Source: Desulfomonilaceae bacterium
Lineage (GTDB): Bacteria > Desulfobacterota > Desulfomonilia > Desulfomonilales > Desulfomonilaceae
Direction of reading: 5' to 3'
Assembly: GCA_963675835.2 (NCBI GenBank)
Contig: CAXXIU010000005.1
Coordinates: forward strand, 481,402-545,401
DNA: 64,000 nucleotides
In this document: positions 21,015-30,830 of the stretch, one piece after another
Layout of the letters: each line of letters starts with the position of its first letter
Position numbering within the stretch: the stretch's first letter is position 1
Position numbers and translations under genes: made by a program
Notes under the pieces: model-generated
Told to the model about the DNA's origin: nothing
Database searches by the model: none
What the model saw: the letters and a program-made list of their open reading frames with translations, nothing else

Positions 21015-21242
21015 GGCGCAACCTCCGGCGTGTTCTCCTTACGCTGCCTTCATATATTGAGAGCGAGCAGGAATCAAGATGGTTCCCGCCGAGATTCAAG
21101 GATAGCTGTGAAAGAGGGTCTGATTTCACCTCATGAGGAGATCCGTGTCATGGTGCTGGGAGAAAGGCTCAAATGTCTCGTCCGTATCATTGGTGCGGGA
21201 ATGGTTGCCGGCAAGCGGTTGCGGGAGGGACACAACGCCGTC

Positions 21243-21659
21243 TTAGATCAGCCAATTCAGAACACGCAGATTCCCAATACGTCGAAAGTGGGCTTCGTTG
21301 TTCGTTACTACAGCCAACCCATGCGAAATGGCTGTGGCCGCAATCAAGATATCGGCATCGCCTATCAGTTCACCTCGTCGATGAAGCTCGGCATACACTG
21401 TTGCTGCCTCCACAATTATTGGATCGGTTACGGCCAAAACGCTGCTCATGCCACATAGTTGATCAAATGCCGCAAGCTGCTTTGCCGCCCCTTTGGCAAG
21501 CAGACCACGCAGCACCTCGTATCGAGTAATAACGGAGAAAGTGAACCGCCCATGGGCTTCCAAGTAAGAGCGTGCCCGTTGGGTAACCGAGGGATTCCGG
21601 CGCATGATCGCCGACAGAATGTCAGTGTCCAGTAAGGCCGGTGGCGGCAGAGGAGTCAT
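21243..21659 (-). CDS. vapC: type II toxin VapC (PIN domain)
   Basis: LLDTDILSAIMRRNP...TRYEVLRG...DADILIAATAISHGLAVVTNNEAHFRRI shows the PIN acidic residues and typical VapC layout. It overlaps the upstream antitoxin by 4 nt. Confidence 0.85.
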   Translation of the reverse strand: MTPLPPPALLDTDILSAIMRRNPSVTQRARSYLEAHGRFTFSVITRYEVLRGLLAKGAAKQLAAFDQLCGMSSVLAVTDPIIVEAATVYAELHRRGELIGDADILIAATAISHGLAVVTNNEAHFRRIGNLRVLNWLI

Positions 21660-21901
21660 GTGGTCGGCCCTTCGCCAAAGAAGTTCCCACGCCGCCGACT
21701 ATGTAGCTCAATAGAATCGATCTGTTCGTCACTGAATCCCTCGTAAACTTGAGCTGCCAGTGCAAGTATATCGTCCGGCTTTTCGATTGGCTCGACCACC
21801 AGACGCACTTTCTGGCCCTCCGCAAGATTGATCTCCTGCGGGAGGGCAATAGGGCGGAAGTTACCGTGTTCGTAAACGGCTTCGATCGTTTCGGTTGCCA
21901 T
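21656..21901 (-). CDS. antitoxin, DUF104/AF2212-like family
   Basis: MATETIEAVYEHGNFRPIALPQEINLAEGQKVRLVVEP is the DUF104 signature. A perfect AGGAGG lies upstream of ATG 21901. Confidence 0.75.
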   Translation of the reverse strand: MATETIEAVYEHGNFRPIALPQEINLAEGQKVRLVVEPIEKPDDILALAAQVYEGFSDEQIDSIELHSRRRGNFFGEGPTT

Positions 21902-22277
21902 AAGATCCCTCCTTCGCACCACGGCCTCTGCGGAATATATCCATTCCGTTGGCATAGTAACAGATTTCGGGCTGTCTGTCCCGATTTGTGGAGGCTCAGT
22001 GGACATAACACCGTCGTATCAAAACGCGCGCCTTTGCGGCATTCCCGGCATTATTCTTCTTGTTTTCCAAGCGGCTTTCTGTGATATCATGAACGCAGGT
22101 ATTGGCTGCTTCGTTGAATGGCATGAGGAGGGTTTTCCTGAAGACCTCCTGAGCGAAAGCGCTTGCGAGGCTACTCGTAAGCATGGCTTCGTCAAGGCGG
22201 GCGCATCGACCGGTAAGCAACTCTTCCATAACGCCACTACTCTCCGCCCGACGGGGGGCTTAGTGCTCCATGGCGTA

Positions 22278-22440
22278 AATTCGGTCCCACATTTTCGTCT
22301 CGCTGCCATGTCGGGTGCCGGCAAGAACAAGATCCGGGCACGGAGGCCAACCTACCTCGAGGCATGGGAATCCCATTCTTTCGTAGGACGGGCGTCCCTG
22401 CCCGTCATCTTCAAGGGCGGGCTGTAGTGCAACCGTATTT
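22278..22440. repeat. Intergenic repeat family R2, copy A
   Basis: 22291-22346 matches 55521-55576 at 51 of 56 positions. It also shares the GACGGGCGTCCCTGCCCGTCATCTTCAAG module with copy C and ACCGTATTT with copy B. Confidence 0.55.
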
Positions 22441-24430
22441 CTCTGAAAATACTCCCGTCCGGGTACAACGGATGTCATACGGTCGGGATTTCGAACGCGC
22501 GGCGGATCACGCGATTTCTTCTGAAGGTCGGGCTTGTTCATCGTTCTATGAGACTCCCGGAGTTTGGGGAGGTCAGCGGAGAGGTAGAATATTTGTCTAC
22601 GTGGTCCCACGGGGGCCTACAGTCTGTTGTGCTCGCTGACGTTTGACCATGTTTACGGCGCACTCGGAGGCTTCATTTACGGATCGGCCTTTGGTTGATG
22701 GTGGCCCGGTAGGGGCCGTGTTAATCTTCACTGAACAACGGGGGCACAGGGCCTATGGGTACCAGCTCGTATCCGATCACCTTGGCTTCTCGGCTGAGGT
22801 AGATGTATCTCCTCTCGGCGTGGAGCAGAGAGAGGTAATCCTTGCCGAGTTCCTTATAGGTTGCTCCATGCTTGATGATGTGAAACAGGGCCTTGGCGAT
22901 TCGGTGGGCAATCGCGACAATTGCTTTCTTTGGTCCCAGACGTGCCTTGAGGCGAAAGTACTTGTCTCGGTAATAGGAATCTTTCTTCTTGATGGCGGCC
23001 CAGGCCACTTCGATGAGGAGGGTCTTGAATATCTTCTTGTGTACAGGGCTTTTTCCGCTCATTCTCTTGCCCGCGCTTTCGTGGTTTCCCGGACAAACCC
23101 CGCACCAAGAGGTGAACGCTTGCACGGTTGGGAAGGTCTTGAGATCGGTGCCTACCTCGGCGACGATGGCGGCTGCCGCGACGACGTCGATTCCCGGGAC
23201 AGCGTCCAAGCGTTCGAGCAGATCATTGTACGGAGCAAGAATGATGCTGAGGCGCTCCTGGATGAGGGCAATCTCCTTCTCATGAAGATCAATGACTCTG
23301 AGGAAGGGTTTCAAAACCTCGCGTTCATGGGGGCCAAAGTACCCTTCAATTGCTTCGTAGAGTTCCTGGGTCTTCTGCTTCTGTTGCTTTTTCCCCGCCA
23401 GGGCACCTCTCAAACACTGCCGGACGTCGTTCAACGTGATGGGTTCTTCGCGAAAAAGCAGTTGGATGAGATTCCGACCAGTTGCACCGAAAAGGTCGGA
23501 GAGGACGGAATCGACCTTAATGTTTGCCATCTCGAGCATCCTGTGAACGCGTCGCTTGAAGTCACCCAACGAACGGACCAAGACCTTTCGTTGCCGGCAC
23601 CAGTCTCGCCATTGGCGAACCTCCTTGCGAGGAATGAAGCTTCCCCTTAGCAGCCCATGTCTCAAAAGCCCGGCGAGCCATTTACTGTCGGATATGTCCG
23701 TTTTGCGACCGGGCACATGCTTGGTGTGGCGTGCATTGACAAGGATCACCTGGACCGAGTCTTCGAGAACATTGAAGACGGGACGCCAGTAGACGCCAGT
23801 ACTCTCCATGGCCACGATCGGGCATTCGTTGTCGAGCAACCATTCTTTGAGAGCCCTCAAATTGTGGGTAAAGGCGCCGAATTCGCGGTGCTCAACGCTC
23901 TCGTCGGTACCTGTCCCTATGATCAAACAGCAGGTGATCTTCTCTTTGTGAACGTCCAAACCGCAGCAAACCGGGTGCAAAACCTGCAATACTCTGGTAT
24001 CTTCTTTCTTGGCCATGGCAACCTCCTCTTCGATTTCTTGGTTTTTACTTGCGAGGATGCCATGGTCTTTTCCAAAAGGGTATTTTCATCTTCAGTTGTG
24101 GTCGCCCCGATCATGGGGGTTTACGCCATAAAGCACTTAGTTCCAGAGGGCGGCAACGAGGGGACGCGAGATTACACGTCGGTGGGCCGCCATGAGGCTG
24201 GTTGAGGGAGGAAGTCGCGGTTTTCGGTTTCCGAAAAAAGGTCCGGGGCGAAAAAAAGTCCGGCGACTTTGACCTTGGATGACACAGAGGATCAATATAA
24301 TGGGGGCAGCACGCTGAAAGCGGGGTGGCAGAGATGCGCATGAGACCGCACCTGATCCTTCGCCGCGCCCTGGCCTTGCCCGTGAGCTGCTTCGGTTGGA
24401 GTGGCATAAACACCGACGATAAATCGTATG
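22441..24430 (-). mobile_element. IS110-family insertion sequence (boundaries not determined)
   Basis: Contains the IS110/IS116/IS902-type transposase ORF. It is flanked by a non-coding stretch of about 280 nt on the 3' side and about 410 nt on the 5' side. I could not identify terminal repeats, as expected for this family. Confidence 0.5.
22721..24016 (-). CDS. IS110 family transposase (DEDD recombinase)
   Basis: The N-terminus LHPVCCGLDVHKEKITCCL plus VAMESTGVYWRP is the DEDD_Tnp_IS110 pattern. The C-terminus VPGIDVVAAAAIVAEVG.DLKTFPTVQAFTSWCGVCPGNHESAGK is the Transposase_20 pattern. GAGGAGG SD. Confidence 0.9.
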   Translation of the reverse strand: MAKKEDTRVLQVLHPVCCGLDVHKEKITCCLIIGTGTDESVEHREFGAFTHNLRALKEWLLDNECPIVAMESTGVYWRPVFNVLEDSVQVILVNARHTKHVPGRKTDISDSKWLAGLLRHGLLRGSFIPRKEVRQWRDWCRQRKVLVRSLGDFKRRVHRMLEMANIKVDSVLSDLFGATGRNLIQLLFREEPITLNDVRQCLRGALAGKKQQKQKTQELYEAIEGYFGPHEREVLKPFLRVIDLHEKEIALIQERLSIILAPYNDLLERLDAVPGIDVVAAAAIVAEVGTDLKTFPTVQAFTSWCGVCPGNHESAGKRMSGKSPVHKKIFKTLLIEVAWAAIKKKDSYYRDKYFRLKARLGPKKAIVAIAHRIAKALFHIIKHGATYKELGKDYLSLLHAERRYIYLSREAKVIGYELVPIGPVPPLFSED

Positions 24431-24431
24431 A

Positions 24432-24471
24432 TGCTATAATGCTTGACTATTCCCATATCATGATTCATAAA
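24432..24471 (+). promoter_or_regulatory. candidate sigma70 promoters for the higBA-like operon
   Basis: Extended -10 TGCTATAAT at 24432-24440. An overlapping second candidate is TTGACT (24443-24448), a 17-nt spacer, then CATAAA (24466-24471). GGAGGA lies 7 nt before the TTG start at 24491. Confidence 0.4.
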
Positions 24472-24490
24472 GGATGCGGAGGATGAACCA

Positions 24491-24886
24491 TTGCCGCCTG
24501 TGAGGGTCGTATTCTACAGAGAGGAAGACGGAACCGTTCCGATGGAGGAATGGCTGAAGGATCTTCGATCACAGCCTAAGCATAGGACTAAATGCATCAA
24601 GTACCTGACAGAGCTTCGGAATCATGGACATGATCTGGGCAGACCAACTGTTGGCACACTCAGGGACGGCATCTATGAACTTCGTGTTTCGGCTAGTTTT
24701 GAAAACTATCGCATGTTGTTCTTCTTTTATGGAAGCGAGCAAGAAGGAACCGAACGAGCGGTAGTTACTCATGCAATCACCAAACATCAGGACAAGGTGC
24801 CTCCAAAAGAAATCGACAAGGCCGTGAGATTATCGACCGAGTATGAGAGAGATCCAGAATCTCATACCTTTAACTGGGAGCCATGA
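24491..24886 (+). CDS. RelE/HigB-type toxin (Gp49-like, DUF891)
   Basis: VRVVFYREEDGTVPMEEWLKDL...GIYELRV....YRMLFFFYG...VVTHAITKHQDKVPPKEIDKA is the Gp49/DUF891 pattern. TTG start with a good SD. Confidence 0.75.
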   Translation: MPPVRVVFYREEDGTVPMEEWLKDLRSQPKHRTKCIKYLTELRNHGHDLGRPTVGTLRDGIYELRVSASFENYRMLFFFYGSEQEGTERAVVTHAITKHQDKVPPKEIDKAVRLSTEYERDPESHTFNWEP

Positions 24887-24887
24887 G

Positions 24888-25247
24888 ATGGAAGAGACGA
24901 AACTGAGCAATGATGCAGTTGAGTGGGCGTACAACCGGTACGTCAAAGGTGATCCAGAACAGGAAGCATACTTTGATGAATTGGGAGTCCAAATGGGGAT
25001 CGCCCAGCAGATTTATGATATTCGGGAAAGCCTCCGTATGACCCATGAAAACCTTGCTGAGTTCTCAGGATTGCCAGTGGAGACTATCCAGAACCTGGAA
25101 GAAACAAACTACGATGGTGACTGGGACGAAGCGATAGAGAAGATCAACGTAGCCTTTACTGCATGGGTCACCAAGGTGCTAGTGCCGACATACAAGACGG
25201 AGCCTCCTAGAGATTATCAGGTTCAACCGCAAGCAGTAAGTGCCTAA
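24888..25247 (+). CDS. HTH (XRE-like) antitoxin partner
   Basis: Starts 1 nt after the toxin stop. QQIYDIRESLRMTHENLAEFSGLPVETIQNLEE looks like an XRE-type helix-turn-helix. Confidence 0.65.
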   Translation: MEETKLSNDAVEWAYNRYVKGDPEQEAYFDELGVQMGIAQQIYDIRESLRMTHENLAEFSGLPVETIQNLEETNYDGDWDEAIEKINVAFTAWVTKVLVPTYKTEPPRDYQVQPQAVSA

Positions 25248-25276
25248 GCGCCCGTCACAAAATAACCCCGCCAGCT

Positions 25277-25890
25277 TTAGGGGCTTCTTGGTGAAATTGT
25301 ATAGTTCCACTCACCATGAAACTCGTTCTTGGCGATGTTGACTTCTCTGAGTTCCTTGTCCTTGATCTTCAGACCCTTTGGGTAAGAACCGTTGTCCAGT
25401 TCGCAGCGAACCGTGAGCCCTTTTTCGGTCCGCGTGGATGCTATCAGATTTACGATCACTTCGTGACTGATGAGGGGCCTTCCGCGCCAATTCTGGGTTA
25501 TGAAGGAGAAGAGTCTGTGTTCGATCTTGTTCCATTTGCTGGTTCCCGGTGGAAAGTGGCACACCGATATTTCCAAATCGGTCTCATTCGACAGTTTCTG
25601 GATCTCGGTTTTCCAAAGTCTCAGGCGCGCTCCATTACTGCCTCCTGAATCGGCGGTGATGAGAAGGGTCTTGGCATTTGGATAGGTCTGCTGCCCCATG
25701 GATCTCCACCACCGGCGGATTGTTTCCACTGCGAACGCAGCAGTGTCGTGGTCTGTTCCGACACTCACCCATCCTTCATTCGCGCCTTGATCATATACAC
25801 CGTATGGGCTGACTTTGCCCAACTCCGGGTCGGGGAAGTCATGATCGTTCACTTCCTCTGGATTGCCTTTGGGACGGTACTGTCGTGAGA
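25277..25890 (-). pseudogene. ISAzo13-like DDE transposase, 5'-truncated fragment
   Basis: KGNPEEVNDHDFPDPELGKVSPYGVYD...DSGGSNGARLRLWK...VCHFPPGTSKWNKIEHRLFSFITQNWRGRPL matches the C-terminal part of ISAzo13-family transposases. Roughly the first 200 aa are absent. Confidence 0.7.
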
Positions 25891-25991
25891 GAGGAATTGT
25901 CATGAAGGAAGAAATGTTCGAGGAACTTCTCGAAAGTGTTCGGCAAGCCGGCGAAAAAGTCGATCCAGACGGTTGTATCGACAAGCACCAT
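25890..25991 (-). pseudogene. vapC: vapC 5' remnant (PIN N-terminus only)
   Basis: The ATG at 25991-25989 overlaps the vapB stop (TGATG). It translates as MVLVDTTVWIDFFAGLPNTFEKFLEHFF..., a classic PIN N-terminus, and then runs into the transposase fragment. The junction position is approximate. Confidence 0.6.
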
Positions 25992-26191
25992 CAATTACGC
26001 GCCTCCCGCCACTCGCTAAGGTCCCCCTCCCATTTGATGGCGCCCTTCAGTTCAAGTAAGCGCCTCTGACGACCACGGCGACGCACCTCATGCAGCGCGT
26101 AGTCAATGAGAGCACGATGTGTGCGAATTCCGGTCAGTTCTTTACATTCCTTGACCAGATCATCGTCAATCACCACATTTATTCTTCCCAT
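25991..26191 (-). CDS. vapB: type II antitoxin VapB (DUF2191-like)
   Basis: MGRINVVIDDDLVKECKELTGIRTHRALIDYALHEV is the DUF2191/VapB pattern. GAGGTG SD. Confidence 0.75.
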   Translation of the reverse strand: MGRINVVIDDDLVKECKELTGIRTHRALIDYALHEVRRRGRQRRLLELKGAIKWEGDLSEWREARN

Positions 26192-26217
26192 GTGATCACC
26201 TCGAATCGCGTATACAC

Positions 26218-26246
26218 ATAATAGATATACTCTTTGTGTATTTCAA
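26218..26246 (-). promoter_or_regulatory. candidate sigma70 promoter/operator of the orphan vapB
   Basis: On the minus strand: TTGAAA (26246-26241), a 17-nt spacer, then TATTAT (26223-26218). A 7-nt inverted repeat, ATACACA...TGTGTAT, brackets the -10. Confidence 0.45.
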
Positions 26247-26343
26247 GAGATGTTGTGCAGGATGCCTACTACGAATTGAGCGGCGAGCAACCACGCGGGA
26301 AGGAGTTTCATAGTGCCCGGACGGTTTCCCCCCGGCGTCAAGT

Positions 26344-27795
26344 TCATTCCAGGAGCGCTTGCCTCGTTCGGGCGTAACGCACCAACGCTCCCAACGCTCT
26401 TACCGCTCTTTCAGGACTGGGGAGTAGAGGGAAATCTCGATCATGAAGCTCCCGAACGAAGAGTTCGGATCGGCTGTAGTACGAAGCGCCGACCACGGGC
26501 TTACCGTACTTCTCGGAGAGCGACTCGAGAATTACACATTGCCCTCTGATATACTCGTTTGCCAGATCTGCCGCCCTGTCGTTGGGGGTCTGGCTTGAGA
26601 TCACCGACATAATGACTCTCTGATCGGGGATCAGGCAATAGATGAAGAGGCCGGCTACAGCCGGATCATCCAGAAGGATCTGTGGGAGTCTTCCGAAGTA
26701 GTCGCCGGGATTCTTGGAAAACGTGAGGTCAACCGGGTTCTTGACACTTGCCGTGCCCGGAACGAGCTTCGTCAACGCAGTCACCGTCACCGGGGAGAGT
26801 TCGGCAAGCTTCAAACCGCACCGGTCCGCGGCATCGGCCGCGGCGGCTCCGGGCCCCCCCGAGTTTGTAAGAACCGCAATGTGGTTCCCATTGGGGAGCG
26901 GCTGAGTTCCCAGTACCCAGCAGAAGTCGAACAGCTCTTCAATGCTGCTCGCCCGAATAATGCCACACTGATCGAAAACGCCGTCATAAAGAGAATCCGG
27001 ACCGGCAAGAGCCCCGGTATGGGAAAGCCCGGCCTTGCTCCCGGCTTCCGAACCTCCAACATAAAACGCTACGATAGGCTTCTTCTTGGAAACTTCCTTG
27101 GCAACCCGCATAAAATCCCGGCCTCGTCTGATGCCCTCTATGTAGAGACCGATTACTCTGGTGTCCGGGCACTGCCCCAGGTATTCGAGGCAGTCCGTGA
27201 TGTCCGTGACGGCTTCATTCCCCACGCTGAACCCCTGACTGAAGCCCAAGCCTATGTTTGCAAGATACGAAAACATCTGGGTAACGAAGCTCCCGCTCTG
27301 TGAGGCCATTCCCACGAAACCCGGTTTTGTCTCGTACGGAAAGAAAGTCGTATTGAGCTTAATGTGAGGATTCACCACTCCGATGCAGTTGGGGCCGACG
27401 AAACAGATATCGTATTTCTTCGCAATCTCCACTATGCGACTCTGGAGGACTTTACCCTCCGGTCCTACTTCACCGAATCCGGCGGATACGACGACCGCGC
27501 TTCTTATCCCGGCTTCCCCACACTCTTCGAGTATCTCGGGAACGATTCGAGTAGGGAGTACCAGCACGGCCAGATCCACGGGACCCGGTACGTCCTTGAC
27601 GGCGGGATATGCATCGAGACCTAAAATCTTTGTTTCCGTGGGGTGAATAGGGTACACGGGACCCTCAAAACCCAATTGGAGAAGCTGGGACAATTGGATG
27701 GTTCCCATCCCCATAAAGTTGGTGGAAGCACCCCAAAAAGCCACGCTCCTCGGGTGAGTGATCCGATGCAGCGGATTATCCTCGTAGCCATTCAT
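26344..27795 (-). CDS. acyl-CoA synthetase (NDP-forming) alpha-domain / CoA-binding protein
   Basis: The CoA-binding N-terminus (PRSVAFWGAS..GPVYPIHP), CFVGPNCIGV and MASQSGS are succinyl-CoA-synthetase-like motifs. ATG 27795 lies 8 nt after GGAGG. Confidence 0.85.
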   Translation of the reverse strand: MNGYEDNPLHRITHPRSVAFWGASTNFMGMGTIQLSQLLQLGFEGPVYPIHPTETKILGLDAYPAVKDVPGPVDLAVLVLPTRIVPEILEECGEAGIRSAVVVSAGFGEVGPEGKVLQSRIVEIAKKYDICFVGPNCIGVVNPHIKLNTTFFPYETKPGFVGMASQSGSFVTQMFSYLANIGLGFSQGFSVGNEAVTDITDCLEYLGQCPDTRVIGLYIEGIRRGRDFMRVAKEVSKKKPIVAFYVGGSEAGSKAGLSHTGALAGPDSLYDGVFDQCGIIRASSIEELFDFCWVLGTQPLPNGNHIAVLTNSGGPGAAAADAADRCGLKLAELSPVTVTALTKLVPGTASVKNPVDLTFSKNPGDYFGRLPQILLDDPAVAGLFIYCLIPDQRVIMSVISSQTPNDRAADLANEYIRGQCVILESLSEKYGKPVVGASYYSRSELFVRELHDRDFPLLPSPERAVRALGALVRYARTRQALLE

Positions 27796-27861
27796 TCCGT
27801 ACACCTCCGCACTGGGGACCCGGCGACTCTTGAGCCGAAAGTTCAGTGCTCTTCAAAGTAA

Positions 27862-28209
27862 TTATTCCGGGTGGTCATCTCTTGCGCTACCGGCGCACCC
27901 GTCGCCGGGATCTCGGGGTCTTGCGGCCGACTTCTCGTCTAACCCCACAAGACTCAGAAAAAACATTACGAGCCACCATACGGCGTATCCGACCATCACC
28001 GCAACGGCGGCCACCGGCCCCAGAGCAATGGAGACGAAGATCAATCGTTCTTCATCGGGGAATAGACCGCCGAATATGAGCAGCCACATCGAAGCGCAAA
28101 ACACGACGACTGCCGTCACCGCCCCGGCAACCAGGGCTATGGTCTGTGTGATCGTCATTCTGGATATGTTATCATTGTTTGCGTATCGAATGTTATCGTT
28201 TATATTCAT
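27862..28209 (-). CDS. hypothetical small membrane protein
   Basis: 115 aa with three clearly hydrophobic helices (IALVAGAVTAVVVFCASMWLLIF, LIFVSIALGPVAAVAVMVGYAVWWLVMFFL). The overlapping plus-strand reading is low-complexity. Confidence 0.45.
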   Translation of the reverse strand: MNINDNIRYANNDNISRMTITQTIALVAGAVTAVVVFCASMWLLIFGGLFPDEERLIFVSIALGPVAAVAVMVGYAVWWLVMFFLSLVGLDEKSAARPRDPGDGCAGSARDDHPE

Positions 28210-28276
28210 TGAACGAATCCGCGACCGTATTTATGAAATAGGATACGAGGAATACTACGATGCCCCTCGCAAGGAG

Positions 28277-30815
28277 ATGAATCCGTCACTCATGACTAAC
28301 CGATTATTATCCAACGAACACTGCTCGGAGCATTTGTTCCCGGCAATCCAAGATGCCGACCTTCTCGCCCGTGTTGAAAAACCTGCCCGATACGTGGGTA
28401 TGGAAGTCAACAAGGTGACCAAAGACCCCGCCGCGGTGAAACTGCACATGGCCCTCGCATTCCCCGACGTCTACGAAGTGGGAATGTCCCACCTCGGACT
28501 GAAGATACTTTACTCGGTGGTAAACGCCCGTCCCGATCTGTATGCCGAGCGGGTATTTGCCCCTTGGCCCGACATGGAGACCCTGTTGAGACAGGAAAGT
28601 AGGCCCCTGAGGTCCCTCGAAACCGGAACTCCTCTGGGTGTCTTGGATTTCATCGGGTTCTCTCTGCAGTACGAACTGTGCGCGACAAATGTCCTTCAAA
28701 TGCTCGAATTGGGAATGATCCCTCTTGAAGCCCGAAACAGGACGCGGACTCATCCCTTGATCGTTGGAGGAGGTCCGGGATCGCTCAATCCCACGCCCCT
28801 TTCGCGGTTCTTCGATGCATTCGTGATCGGCGACGGGGAAGAGGTCATCCTCGAACTCGCTGAGGCTCAGGTCCTGTGGAAGGAAACAAACGGCTCGCGA
28901 GACGACCTGTTGGCCGAATGGAAGAGAATTCCCGGAGTCTATGTCCCGTCTCGTTTCAAGAAAGGCGAGCAAATTTCCCGGCGCATTGTCGCCGACCTCG
29001 ACCACGCTTCCTTTCCCGATCGGCCTGTCGTGCCGTTCTGCGAGACGGTTCACGACCGAATCGGTTTGGAGATCGCCCGAGGCTGCACCAGAGGATGCCG
29101 TTTCTGTCAAGCCGGAATGGTCTACCGACCGGTACGGGAAAGGCAACCCAAGACAATCATTGACCTCGCTCATTCCTGCGTATCGACCACAGGGTGGGAT
29201 GAGATAGCACTCCTGTCTCTTTCCTCGGGAGATTACACCTGCATCAACGAACTCATCAAGAAAATCACCCGTGACTTCGCCGACGAGAAGGTGGCTCTCT
29301 CTCTCCCCTCACTGAGGACCGACAGTTTTGATTCCGACATGGCCGAACAAATACGCAAGGTGCGAAAGACCGGGTTCACCCTTGCCCCCGAAGCCGGCAC
29401 GGAAAGGCTTCGGCGGATCATCAACAAAGGAAATACCGAGGACGATCTCGAACGGGCCGTGAAGACCGCGTTTGACCGTGGATGGAGAGCCGTGAAACTC
29501 TACTTCATGATCGGTCTTCCCTACGAGACCGACGAAGACCTGGACGGTATCGTGGGACTGATTCGAAAGGCCTCGAAGTGGTCTAAAGGGGGGCGGATCA
29601 CCGCATCCGTCTCCACGTTCGTTCCAAAATCACATACTCCTTTCCAATGGAACGAACAAATCTCTATTGAGGAAACCATCCGGAGACAGCGCTATATAAG
29701 GCGTTACTTCCAGAAGGGAAGGACGCGCGTCAAGTTCCACGATCCGCGGGTCTCGTTTCTGGAGGGGGTCATCGCCCGAGGTGACGAACGACTTGGCGGC
29801 GTAATCGAGTGCGCGTACCGGAAAGGGGCCCGCTTTGACGGATGGGATGAGCATTTGAAGTTCGACATTTGGATGGAAGCGTTCAACGAAGAGGGGATCA
29901 ATCCGGAAAATTTCCTCGAGAGCAGGAGTCTTGAGGACCCGTTGCCCTGGCACTTCATCAACAGCGGTGTCGCCAAGGATTTCCTTCTGCAGGAATGGGC
30001 AAGAGCAGAGGCTGTGGAAACGACTGCCGACTGTCGCAATTCAGCGTGCGCGGGATGCGGAGTCTGCGACTTCGAGGAGGTGCTGCCCCGATTAGCCGCA
30101 CCGGAAGCACCGGAGCTTGGCATGTCTGTTGAGGAAGTCTGCGATGACGCGCACCCCGCGATCCGTCGATTCCGTGTACGATACGCAAAACTCGGTCCGA
30201 TGCGTTTTCTCGGTCATCATGACGTCATCCGATTGTTTCACCGGGCGTTCCGTCGGATGGCTTTGAGACTGGATTATTCCAAAGGCTTTCATCCTCATCC
30301 GCGAATGCGGTTTTCTCCGCCGCTGGGTCTGGGTATCGAAAGCCTGGCCGAGTACGTGGACTTTGATCTGGTCAATTGTTCTCTGCAGGGGCGGCGACAT
30401 CATGGCCGCACTGCAAGGCGCTTTGCCGTCCGGCATGCAACCGTTGGAGATCGAAGAAAGACTATTGAATGAGAATTTCGTTTCTGGTACACTAAGGCGG
30501 GTTACCTATGAACTGACGTTTCCGGAATCCGTAGCACGCGGAGACCTGATGGAAAAGGTTAGGCAGTTCGAGTCTTCCCGCGCGTTTGAGATCACGAAAC
30601 TGCACAAGGGTAGGTCCAAGACCAGAGATCTGAAAGAGTGGGTGTGCCGACTGGATCTCCATGAGTCCATCATGAGAATAGATTTCAGGTCGGGTCCGTC
30701 AGGGTCGGTTCACCCGTATGATGCAATCTCCGCCATTCTTGGAATCAGCAGGGATTCGATTAAAACAATGAGGCTCATTAAGACTTCCGTCGGGTTCGAG
30801 ACCTCCTGCAACTAA
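28277..30815 (+). pseudogene. radical SAM protein (TIGR03960-like) fused to a DUF2344 (TIGR03936-like) domain, with one apparent frameshift
   Basis: Radical SAM cluster motif ARGCTRGCRFCQAG. The C-terminus RFRVRYAKLGPMRFLGHHDVIRLFHRAFRR is the DUF2344 pattern. The frame changes near the G-run at 30388-30391 (DFDLVNCSLQ then GDIMAALQGALPSGMQPLEIEE). Confidence 0.8.
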
Positions 30816-30830
30816 TACGGGGACCCTCAC

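Noticed and set aside
21996-22229. 77-aa minus-strand ORF just upstream of the DUF104 antitoxin
   Set aside because: It has no SD and no recognisable motif. It overlaps an equally unconvincing plus-strand ORF and is probably non-coding spacer next to repeat copy A.
22643-23650. 335-aa plus-strand ORF
   Set aside because: It lies entirely antisense to the well-supported IS110 transposase gene. It has no recognisable motifs and is a typical shadow ORF in GC-rich coding DNA.
27830-28290. N-terminal extension of about 150 aa on the 880-aa ORF (27830-30472), upstream of the radical SAM domain
   Set aside because: That part is low-complexity (Ser/Thr/Ala/Pro/Arg-rich) and has no homology pattern. 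The opposite strand encodes a convincing three-TM-helix small protein (27862-28209). The radical SAM homology only starts near 28277-28300.
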